Origin: Lytechinus pictus
Lineage: Eukaryota
Assembly (NCBI RefSeq): GCF_037042905.1
Contig: NC_087250.1
Coordinates: 22,198,001-22,262,000 of the forward strand
Direction of reading: 5' to 3'
DNA: 64,000 bases
Positions 1 to 12,100 of this stretch are shown here, in pieces. Positions within the stretch are counted from its first letter, which is position 1, and each line of letters begins with the position of its first letter. Both the position numbers and the translations under genes were made by a program. Below the pieces are notes generated by a model that saw only the letters and a program-made list of their open reading frames with translations, was not told where the DNA came from and searched no databases.

Positions 1-24
1 GATGCACTCTTTGAATCTGTTTTC

Positions 25-190
25 TATAATAATAATTATTATAATAATAATAACAGTAATGCCCAATGTAGCATTTCAGTTCCGAAAACTGTTCTCCCCC
101 AGCGGCCCTGCTACTACTATTACCCCGGCTGAGCTAGTCTACCAATTCAGGTGCACTCAGCTTTTTGAGGAATTACTTCCTGCCGGTATC
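25..190 (-). mobile_element. Probable 3' fragment of a SINE with an (ATT)n tail
   Basis: GC-richer block ending in an (ATT)n simple-repeat tail on the minus strand; resembles echinoderm SINE 3' ends from recall only. Confidence 0.35.
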
Positions 191-299
191 TATCCATGCA
201 TCTGTATCCAACACGCGGAATGCAATATCGCCATGCCTCAACTAAATGGAAGTTATTTATGTATATATACAAATAACAATAATGCATCATAATATACAT

Positions 300-1320
300 G
301 TTATGTTTCATTATAGGTATACAATATACAAGATTTTAGCTTATGTTTAAAAAGAAAAGAGCTGACAGACTGCCTGAGAGAATTGTCTAGAGAGTTCCAA
401 TATTTCCTGTATGTTGGTCCAGTATAAAACTGAGTTAATTCTTCGCCGAGATCTGCTGATACATGGTATAAAGCAGCCTGTCTCGTTAATTGTCTGTGTA
501 TTTATTCATTCTTAACAAAAATACATGCTATTTCCATGGGTACTCCACCCTTCTCTAACTGATTCATGAAACACCAGAGATATAGATGTTACATGTCTTG
601 GACCTTCAGCATATTTTTTTTCATAAAAACAAAGCTTATCATTCTCAGCACGCATATCAACAGCCAAGATAATTCTCACTGCCCTGTTTTGGATAGCAGC
701 ATTTTTCCTAAGTAAAATTTTACTTTGGGCCCCCGAACAAGTAGACCATAATTTAGGTAGAGCAAAATTAAGGAAGAGCACAAAGTTTAAGGTACACTCT
801 TCGGGAATAAAAGCTCCAGGTTATTATAAATCACACAAACATTTCTAGAAAATGCTTTAAATACATCGGTTGCACGCATATTCCAAGACAACTCATCATC
901 AATACAGAGAAATGGGTATTTAAAACATGGTCCTTTTCTCATTATTTACCTCATCAAATGCTCCATTTTGGGGCATAACTGTCTTAGTATTACTGAATAG
1001 CATATATTTTGTTTTCGTTGAAGCAAGCGACAGTTTATCTGCGTGAATCCATTTAGTCAGTACACATGTCTCTCTCTTTAGACTTCCCAAAAAAGGGCTT
1101 TGTTGTTTCTGTGTCAACATAATGCACTTAAAAATATAATATCCACATTAAAAAATACAATCTTTTTGAAGATTTTGGAAATTATTCACATAGCCACCGC
1201 ATGTGAGGGGTAGCATACCCGATGCACATTGTTGCCTGTCAAAGGCTTTGGAATAGTCCAGGAATATACAAATTGTAAGGTGCAAATCCAGTGCAGAAGA
1301 TTTTTTTTCTAACAGGCATA
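300..1320 (-). mobile_element. Degenerate CR1/L2-group LINE 3' fragment (RT C-terminus)
   Basis: Broken frames give CIFLDYSKAFD, W..ADKLSL..TKTKYMLF and IQNRAVRII. Confidence 0.75.
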
Positions 1321-1336
1321 AACATCATGAGAAGTT

Positions 1337-1546
1337 CACTCTAAAAATTCGAATGTTAAATCAACATTTGAAAGGTTTGAGGAGTGACAACCTTTTCCAA
1401 ATGTTGCATCCAACCTTGTATAATGCTGAATCCAACATTTTAAGTGTTTGGTAGAACAATTTAAAGTGGTAAATGCAACATTTAGAAAATGTTATCACTC
1501 CTCCAACCTTTCAAATGTTAAGTTAATATTTCTTGTTTTTAGAGTG
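1337..1546. mobile_element. Palindromic MITE with CACTCTAAAAA...TTTTTAGAGTG termini (CMC/EnSpm-like ends); half copy at ~6520-6622
   Basis: Terminal inverted repeats with internal arms also complementary (ggaggagtgacaac / gttatcactcctcc). Confidence 0.65.
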
Positions 1547-2618
1547 TTGTATGTTAACTTTATCTTGAAAACAAATTGGGAACTTGAAAAACTTGACAAG
1601 ACTTCCAAAACTGTATCAATCTCGTATATACATTTGTTTTTATACCATAGAGAAGACTGTGAGTATAGAGACTGGTCTTCAATTATCCACTTCTTCACAG
1701 TTTTCTTTTATATACACGTATAGCCACAACTTTAGCCATTAACACTTTTTCCACGAACACTCCTCCACACTAAAGACAAGTTGAAAATGTGAGAGGTAAA
1801 CCACAAATGGAATTACATCTTTCACAAAAAGACCATTTACATGATAATAAAATACTATGTTGATTGACCATAAATAACCTTTAAACTTGGACATGTGACC
1901 TGAAACTCACGCAGGAAGTTAACTGATACTTGATTACTCTTATGTCCAATTATCACGAACTAGGTCCATATGATTACTTTCTAAGTTACATGTATGAAGA
2001 CATTTCTAAAACTTAACTTTTGCTAAGATTTCAATGTCGACGACACCGCCTTTGGAAAAGCACCGTCCATAATCTTTCTCTGATACGCAGGCGAGACAAA
2101 CCGTCAGATTTGATTTTTAAAAATACTGCGTCAATGACCAAACTTTGATCCGCAACTATATAGCTAAGTATACAAAACATATATAACTGTGGTGAAAGAA
2201 GCTACTATTTGGGTAGCGTGCCTATACTGACTGGACCTTTTATAGGTAATGATCTTTGAAAACGGATCAGGAAGCACGATTGTACAACCTCAGTACTAAA
2301 GTTCAAATATGGCTTATTCTCTAAACCATCATTTGCATTCTTTCACATTACTTTATCGACCGGCATTACTTTACACATGGGAAATATAATTTTGAACTTT
2401 GGTCGACCATCGTATCCGAAAATATCAAAAATCGATGTTCTGGATTCAGCTAAAAATGATGATTTGTACCTTTTAAAACAGTTGGCACCTAAAAAAAATG
2501 TTTTTGTCTGTATTTGATTGGTATATTGTTGGATCTTAGTCATTTAAATTCCTATGCTAACCAAACCAAGTACGTATTGTTATTTTTACGAGGATACTAT
2601 TCTAGTTGGTATAAGGTG

Positions 2619-2624
2619 TTTATT
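2619..2624 (-). terminator. Candidate polyadenylation signal AATAAA
   Basis: First AATAAA I found on the minus strand, ~250 nt after the stop codon; unverified. Confidence 0.25.
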
Positions 2625-2876
2625 CTTCTACGCTTATATGCCACTCGACCACTGCCCCTCCCCCGCCAACCACAACAAGTATGTAGACTAGGCAGATAAT
2701 TTTTTGCAAAATAACCCCCGATATTTGGGCATATTAACGTCAATTTCGCGCAGTGAAGAAACAAGTCGTTGTAAACTTAACCACTAACTTATTATTTTGT
2801 ACGATCTTGTGTAAATCTAAATTATTTCCAATTAATGCATAGTCATTATGGGTGTTCACATGCCACTTGTCATATT

Positions 2877-3183
2877 TTACTCTTCGGCATTGGGTTGCTG
2901 CGTTACGGTAACGTCATCAGGAAATAGTTCTGAAATTTTCCCTTCAAGTCCATCATCTGTCAGAATTTTGTTGATACTTTCTAGATGACCGGAGTTCTTT
3001 TTGCTATACCATTTCCTTAAAATTTCCTCGAACGCCTTCTGATAATCATTACTGTGAGTTGCTAGTATGTTTGCAGAATTGTCCAAATCGTATCCCAATC
3101 GAAGGCACAGACTGCTGTAATTGGCATGAGGCATCTTCTTTGACAGATTGACGAGTTTAAGTTGTACGCGTCTCTTGCCGGAT
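2877..3183 (-). CDS. Terminal exon, death domain: SGKRRVQLKLVNLSKKMPHANYSSLCLRLGYDLDNSANILATHSNDYQKAFEEILRKWYSKK...QQPNAEE*
   Basis: ccttgcag acceptor; death-domain pattern (L..ls..m...Y..L...LG...I.......eiL..W); stop at 2877-2879. Confidence 0.85.
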
Positions 3184-6100
3184 CTGCAAGGAAATGATTT
3201 AAAGATTGGCTGTATGTTTGTTAAATGATGAAAAGTTAAGATATCGAAAATGCAAGACCTACTTGAACATACATTATACTTCGCTACCTCTCTTTTTACA
3301 TAATAATGATAATGATATAGGATTTGTATAGTGCTTGTATCCACCATACTAGCTGCTCAAGACGTTCCTTTATTACATCTTCTAATGAGTATGATAACTA
3401 TCATTACCATTGCCATTTTCTTTATTTTATGCCACTGGTGTTTTTTTTTACAACTGTTATTAGCAGTATCAATATCAATAAAAAAATTCATGATATGTAA
3501 TTTTTTTAAATAACTTATAATATATTATTACATCAATATTGACTGGCCTCGGGGCGATACGACATACATCGCCCAAGCTAGATATATATCGCGTGAGTCG
3601 TAGACAAGGGTGATATCAATTTAGTGAGGGCGATATAATTATGTCCTTTCACTTATGGCCAGTCAATATTGCTATTATTTAACCAAATCAGACATCTAGA
3701 GCAAAAAACGTTAAAATGTTATCCTGCTAGTGCAGTGCGGCCAGCATATCATTCGCACACTTACGCGCACCGATCGAGATGACCGGGGAAGTTTCGGCGC
3801 GGCCAGACCAGAACAGCACGGTCTTGGCTCTGGCGTCAGCCGTTAGCTTGTGTAGATTTGGTAGGGGCAGCGAAATTTAGCAGAAGAACGGTAACACAAA
3901 TTTCATCAGTCTATGAATTTTTATTGCTATGTAAACTACAAGAATCATGATTACCTTTTGTCTGATATTTTTTTTTAAATACAAAAATACTTAAGTAATA
4001 TTATTTAACATATTTTATTGGAGGTTTCAGTATCCATCCAAAATACTAAAATTGAACAAACGAAAAAAAATCAACTCTACAATCTTCCAAAAAAGTGCTC
4101 TGGGAGAAAATGGTCACAAAATCTGAGCGAAGTGGACCTTCCTAAAATGCCCTCTACGTTCGTTGGCTCTGCCTTATTTACCGCTACATTTCCACGCATT
4201 TTCTCATATACTTTCCTGAGCGGGCAATAAATTGGGTCCGTGGATAAACAAGTGGAAACTTACTGACCAACCATTTGATCACAGTCATAAGCAAGCAATA
4301 ATATATTAAAGCCTTAGAGTGGTTTAGAAACTACCTCACAAAACGTAAATATTTGTTAGCATAAATGAACAAAACTCTTCTTTCCAAATGTTAATTGGGG
4401 GTGTTCCCAGGGGTAGCCTACTGGGCCCACTTTTTATTTATAGTCTATATAAATGATATCCAGAACTTTTCAAAAATATTATCCTATATCCGTTTTGCAG
4501 ACGATTCAAATGTACTTTATTTTCATCTTAATCCTGATAGTGAATGTATTGAACATTGAACTGGATAAGTTGGTAAATTGGATACGGGCTAATAGGTTGT
4601 CAATCAGTGTACAAGAAAATCAAATGTATGCCTTTTTAGCAATTCTTTTAAATATTTACCATTCAACATCTAACTGGATAATGTAGATATTGAAATTGTT
4701 ACAACAAAATAATGTTTAGGTCACACGATAGACGACAACTTATCTAGGAAAGCACATATTGAATCTATATGTCGCATAATCTCGCACACTGTTGGTATGA
4801 AAATGCTTTACCCAACATTAATTTTACCTTATTTAAATTACGGAACAATTTTAGTCTAGGGAAATACACACACATCTTACCTGATAGAATATTACACTTA
4901 CAGAAGAAGGGGCTGCGTATTATTGTTAACATATCCTGGATATCCCATAAAGATAACTTGTTTTCCGACAATATAAATTTGTAAATTAAAAAAATGATGT
5001 TACTATAACCTAGGTAAATCCATGTATCAATTAAACAATAATATGTTACCATCATTCTTTAATTCGCCATTTAACAAAAACAAAGCTGTTCACAAATATC
5101 CCACACGTCAATCAGATGAATTTCATCTACCACTACCCCGGACCATCCTTGCAAAGTCAATATTTACTTTCGAAGGCCCTGGACTCTGGGGCACTTTTGA
5201 TAACAACATCAAATAATCCCCAAGCTTAAACTCTGTTAAATTAAAATTCAAGAAGTTCCTCCTTAATAATCATTAATTGATATGATTCTTTATCACTCAA
5301 ACACCCATATATTTTTTTATGAATTATGGATGCCATTATCGTATGCTTTGCATTCCCTTCGTTTTCCTGTAGATTCCTGTTGATCAGCGAGATCCGTTGT
5401 GAGTGCCTGGCAGGATTCCGGAGACCTTTTATCCGTCTCATTTTCTATTTCTATTTAAATCTTTTTTCCCTCTATTTGCTCATTTTCACTGGTTTTATGC
5501 TCAAGTTGTCATTTTGTGTTTTTTTTTTTATTTGTCCTATGTACAAGAATATTTTTATTAGGAGGCTGTACCCTACAAGCTCCGCTTTTTAGCAGCCTCC
5601 TCCATTTCTAACTTGCTAATATGATAATCGTAACTATAATTTTGTACTTAAAATGCTATGTTTCCGTGCTTATATTGTTCTGTATTATAATGATTATTGT
5701 ACAAAGCAAAGTGTAAATGTTGGAAATGGAAATAAATGAAATGAGATGAGATGAAATGTCATAATTATACACTATCACCACATAGTCATCATTAAAATCA
5801 GTATTAACAATAAGGTATTTAAATCAGGTATTTTAAATTATTATTATCATCATTAACATTATTTTATCATCCTTATCGTCATCATAATCGTCATTGTTAT
5901 TATTATTACTGTAATAATTTTTAGGCGCATCATTATTATCTTTTTATGTGAATCCATCATTACTTACTCTGAATCTCTAGATTTCGACGGTCTTGCTGTA
6001 AAAGAAAACAACAAATGAATGCAATAATAATAAGCATGATAAGAGAATAATATTTTATGTCAACATTAATCTACAGTGCATGACACATTTTTATAGTATT

Positions 6101-9100
6101 GCTACATCATATTTGACGGAATACGTCATTAAGTACGTACTAAATCGTGTGCTGTTGATACATTACATGGTTTACATTCACGTATTACCTGCGGCGAAGA
6201 GAAAGAGGGAGACATAGTGGTATTAGGTGCAAATACAACTACATTCAAATTTGGAAAATCTACCCTTCTTTCACTTTTAATCAGAAATATTCAAAATTTC
6301 ACATTTGCGGTTTATGTTTGTTGTCATCCATGTATTTAGTTTTTTAAATGGTCGGTGGTCTATCTGTAAATCTCTTTTTTGTGGATAAATACTCATTTTT
6401 TTCACTATGGATAATATTTCGTTACATTATCAGATCCTGTCATATCCTGTATAAGACCCAAACTATGGCAACATTCCTCACGATTGATTAAAAAACAATC
6501 GCATCTCAGTCACCATATTCACGCTAAAACTGAAGTAATAAATCAGCAAATGAAAGGTTGGAGGAGTTAGAGCCTTTTCCAAATGTTATATCCAACTTTA
6601 AATAGAGCTGCACCCAACCATTTATAGGGATGCCCCGGGCTGAAAATATTTACATCTAAATAAATAGAGTAAAATTCACAAATGTGATAATAAAGAAGAT
6701 ATTGAATTTTAAAGTTTAGCAATATATTGTGAAAACAGTTATACACACGTCGTCATGAATATTCATTAGGTGAGCTGATGATGTCACACCCTCGCTTTCC
6801 CTTATTTTGATTACATGAAATCATAAATGTTTCATATTTTCATACATGTGTGAATGATATGTCTTCCTTGTAATGAAATAAGTTTCAGCAATAAATATAT
6901 AATGCACTCAATCAGTTGTTATTCCAATATATTTGGTACTTGAAGGAAAAAAATGAATAAACCTAATTTCATATAATAAAATACAAAAGAACAAGTGGGA
7001 ATATGACATCATCAGGTTGCTCATTGAATATTCATGAATACATGCCTAATTTACCAGAATAATGCAAACATTTAAAATGCCATAACCTTGTTATTCCTTG
7101 TCCTATTTGGATCAAATTTTCAGTGTTTTGTCTTATCTTTCTTATTTTATTTCAAATATTTTTTTCAGCCCGGAGTAACTCTTTTAGCGATACACTCACA
7201 CTGCAAGTAACCCGACACAAGACTTAAGTAACACTAGGAGGTATTTTCTTATATTAGCCCCACAACTATGGAACAAACTTCACCTCGATATTTGGAATTC
7301 ATAAACTTTACATAATTTCTCATTTATATGAAAATAAAAACCTATTAATTCCAATAATTTGTACAGCTTCTGTAAAATGAATAATTGCAGCACAATGACA
7401 TATCCGGTCGAGAAATAGTTTTTGCGCTTTATAAATGCATATTATTTCATTATTAGTATCATTATGAGATTAAATAACCTACAGTGGTGAATACAATTTT
7501 GTGAAAAGCTTGTCATCCATCATCCCTCCAACCCTCCAATTACTCACCTAACATTTCAGTGTTTAGCGTGTAACTTAAAAACTCAAAGGCCTGGGGGGTT
7601 TACTTACGAGTCTTGCAAAGGATTGTTTTGTCTTCTCCGTGAAAAAGTTTTACGTTTAGTTCGGAAAACGATTCAATCGTCTTGCTATAAAAGCATCTGG
7701 TGATTATGGGTTGAGTATAGATCTCTCTCTCTGTCAGTTTCTGTAAAAAAAGAGGGGGACTGACGATATAACGGTCGAAAAATCTTTCCGCTTTAGTGAG
7801 CATCACTTACTTATGCATAGTTAGTGCATTTCAAAAATGATTTGCGCACAACTAGGAAATAGGTATGGATAAAAGCAGACGATAATCAAAAAGAGCACAT
7901 TGTCTTTATTTAAGACTGATTTGCAGTTTTATCTTACCTTTTTAACTTGTTTCTTTGCTAAAAAAAATTCACCGAGCTCCAGTGTACCACCTCCCCCCCC
8001 CCCCCCCCCCCTTTCCCCCCACACCGAGGCAATCGTGATGATATCTGCTTTATATCAGTAGAAGCGAAACAATAAATGGCTTGGGCTTCATGTTCCCTCT
8101 GTTAATCATTGTCATGCTTGGGGATAGTGTGGAGAAACAATTAAATGAATTATGAAATATAAACCCGTAATCAATGATAAAAACTTGAAATGAAATTTTG
8201 AGTGTTGGATTGTTGGATTTTTTGAAAATTCAAATTAAAATTGTTAAGGTGGATTTGTCCTTTACGTTGCTGCTAAAGTGTAACTCGCCGTCTAAGTCTA
8301 AGTCTAATTTGTAATTTTTCAAGAAAATGCCTAAGGAATGGCTATAAACGCTGGCACCGACAGTTGCTTTCTTCGCAAAATGAGGATAAATGTGCTTGAA
8401 AGTATAGAATTCTATGTATTTTTATGTAATAATCTTAATACATTTACAATGAACAATATCTGAGAGCATGCGTTAAAATTATATTCGTTTATAATCCCAA
8501 CTGTTGCAATCGTAACACAATTTCACTAATCAGCCCCTCGAATAGCAAATGCTTCCTTGTAGCATGGACCTTTCCCCGGAGGGTTCGAAACACAAACGCT
8601 GTGTACCGCCTTGACATGCAGTTGTTACTCAACCTTGTTCTGTATGATAGGCCCTTCATTGTTGAAATGACGTTATTGATAGCATGGACCTGTCAGAGTA
8701 GTAGGTCCATGTTGATAGCAAAGGTTGCATAGAAGCAGGGAAGGCGAGGACTTAGAGTGCACCCCCCTCCCACAGAAAAAAGCGAGCATGAAATAAAGGC
8801 GGCTCAAAGGGGCTCAGATAGGCCTGGACAAAATGGTAAATTGCCAATTCGTCTATTGCCAACTCGTCCACTCACCATATGTTCTACGATAATAGTCTAA
8901 TGCCATTAAAACCATCAACATTTCGTATAACAACCATTTGGTCTAATCATCTCTAGTCTAATCACCATTTCGTCTCTGACGATGTCGTCTTATAACCAGT
9001 TGGTCTAAAACCCATTTTATTTTTATTCATTTTGCCCTATTAACACTAAGTTCAGCAACAAGTTCTCAGACGAAATGGTGTGTGGACGAAATGGCAGCAA

Positions 9101-12100
9101 GACCATGTGGAAAGTGGACGAACTGATGGTAGACCTAATGACAGTAGAAGAGTTGGTAATTGGACGAATTGGCATTGCAGTGAATGCTTCAAAGATACTC
9201 AAACAAATCATTAGCATTCTAGGAACCTTATTGTAAATGAAGTCATGGTTTTGTCTGTGCTAATTTTCGGCGCAATTACGCAGTCGACGGCCGATATCTT
9301 GGCATAGTTATGATGGGGAGGGGGTCAGAGTGAGTCCCCCCCCCCCCTCCCTTCGATGTCATAGCGAAGCACAAATGTCCAGTTTAATATCAATAGGATC
9401 AGTAAGCTTGTTAGCTTAATTAGTTCCTAAAATACATTGTAGATATAACCTTCGGTAAGATTTTGTTCCATCATAGTTTTATCTTAAATCCTTGTCTTAC
9501 CAAAAGTGACATTATCTCACAGTTGTGCAATTCTTGTAAAGCTTAACATTTAAACTATGGTATTGCAAAACTAAAATACATTCTAGATATAACCGTCTGT
9601 ATGTAGACAGTTTTATTGTCCTACCAAAAACAACGTACCATCAAAATAATGAAATACTTTGCTTGAGCACCAATTACCGCGTGATTCCATAGATTTATAC
9701 ACATTTGACCAAATGGGCATTGGACCAAGTTGGGATTGGACCGAAATATTGGACCAAACGATATTAGACCAACTGGCTATCGGACGAAGTTGCTTTTGGC
9801 CCAAGTGAATTTTGTAAAAAAAAAAATGGCTATTGGGTGTTTATTGGGCGAAGGAGCATCTTTATAAAATGGCTCTTAGACGAAATGGCTTTTAGACGAA
9901 GTGGCTCTCAGACTTATTTGCTATTGAACAAATGGTATTGGACCAAAATCATTAGACGACATGGTCATTTGACGAAATGGCATTTGACCTAGTGGACATA
10001 AAACCTCATCGTGCGTGACTCAATCGCAGCTGCTGTGCATGAGTCGTACACGCATTTAGTATGCAAACAGTTTACACTTCTATTTCAGTCACTTAGGCGG
10101 CATGTTATGCTCTAGAAGCGGGTACCCTCTCGCAGCTGACCACTCACTCCATTCTAGATATAATTGTATTTATGTAGACAGTTTTATTGTCCTACCAAAA
10201 ACAACGTACCATCAAAATAATGAAATACTTCTGAAGCTAAACATACATAATTACTCATGATTTGCTTGAGCACCTATTACCGCGTGATTCCATAGATTTA
10301 TACACATTTGACCAAATGGGCATTGGACTATGGCTATCGGATGAAGTTGCTTTTGGCCCAAGTGAATATTGTAAAAAAAAAAATGGCTATTTGGTGTTTA
10401 TTGGGCGAAGGAGCATCTTTACGAAATGGCTCTTAGACGAAATGGATTTTGGACGAAGTGGCTCTTGGACAAATGGCTTTTGGACGAAGTGGCTCTCAGA
10501 CTTATTTGCGAGAGGGTACCCGCTTCTAGAGCATAACATACCGCCTAAGTGACTGAAATAGAAGTGTAAATGCGGGGGGGTGTGCTTCTTGTGTAAATTC
10601 TGATACTAAACTTCTTATGACAAAGTCAACGATATCGGCGGACAATGTAATTAGTATTCATGTTGATGAAATGAAACCTAGCCTGCAAATGGTGTTAATC
10701 AATTTAGGGAATGACTAACACAAATATTTTTCTCTGTGAGGTTCGAAATTGTGCACTTCATGATAGCTTGATTTTTACAACATCGGGTTCTACAAAAAGG
10801 TAAGGACTAGAATAATAATAATGCGAGTGCGGAGCGCGAGTTTGATTGACCTGAATTTTCTTTAAGACTCATGTCGATTTTCATCGTTAATTCCATTTTA
10901 TACACTCTTTTAAATTCTAATTCTCATTTTATGTACAGTTTTTTTCTCCACATATTTTACATCACAAGCCGGGATAAAGAATACTAACAAAATAAGATGA
11001 TATTCAAAAGAGTGGTAAAAAAAGTGGTAAGAAGTAAAACAGGACAAATGTGAAAAAAGGGGGTAGACGTTATCATTTTTGAAATTAAATCAAAATAATC
11101 GGGGAATTAGATAGCAATATAAAATATGTTGAAATTATCACTTAATCACTTTCTTAATATGCCTCTGGTGTACCTCATTTTACAATCAACATTGACCTTG
11201 TGCCTATATTCATACTGTGTATCTGGTGAGCTATGATTTTATTTTATAACAATGAGATTGATAGGACTCACCCCAGTCATTTCTTCCAATTTACCATCGA
11301 AGACAGTAATTGATATACTGCACTTCTGCCATCGAACATAGAAAGTCGTGCTTTCTGACAAGTCTTGAAAACCATCTGTATTTCGATCCTGAAATTAAAA
11401 CAAAAACAATAAATATTAAGTTCAATAAAAAGGATTGTGCCTTCCAGCTATATCGTGCGTATCAATAACAAGTTTAAACTTCGACAAATTCCCGTCAGTT
11501 GAATAATCTACAACGTTGGCATTATTTATATTATTGGGCTTTGGTCTCTCTATGAATGAGTGAGCACGTGCACCTCTTGTAAAGATCGGTTGGTTTGGTT
11601 TGCGCATAAATATTATAAAAATAAAGATTATTATTCCGTTTTGTCCTAAAATGCACCAAAAACGGGAAAAAATAAACTTAAAAGGGAAAAAACAGTATTT
11701 ACTTCGGCTGTCGCGCAACTTCACTTCCCTGTTTTATTGGAACTTAATATGGCCATTGAGTCCCTGTACAGATCGAGCTAGAACTTCGGTCTCTGTATTT
11801 GGTGAGTGGAGCCAACGGAGTTCAGCGGAACAACGACCATAACAGAGACCGAAGCTATTGGTCTAATTACGTATATATATACATTAAACCACGGATGGCT
11901 GGCTATGTATACCGCTGAATAAAATACTTTCGGACGAGCTGCGGACTGACTGGCACTGTAACGTGGGATCTAACTTGGCTCGACACACGTTAGCTTGCTC
12001 CTTGCTACCGATGCACGTCGTGTCCGACCGCGGCCGGGCCCCGCCTTGGGGCCATTGCATGCAGGCATGTCCGCATATGGGAATGATACGATGTAATATC

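Noticed and set aside
11770..11857. Tiny TAG..CTA hairpin (cttcggtctctgt / acagagaccgaag) as a mini-Academ
   Set aside because: Only ~13 bp of inverted repeat, an imperfect terminus and no TSD.
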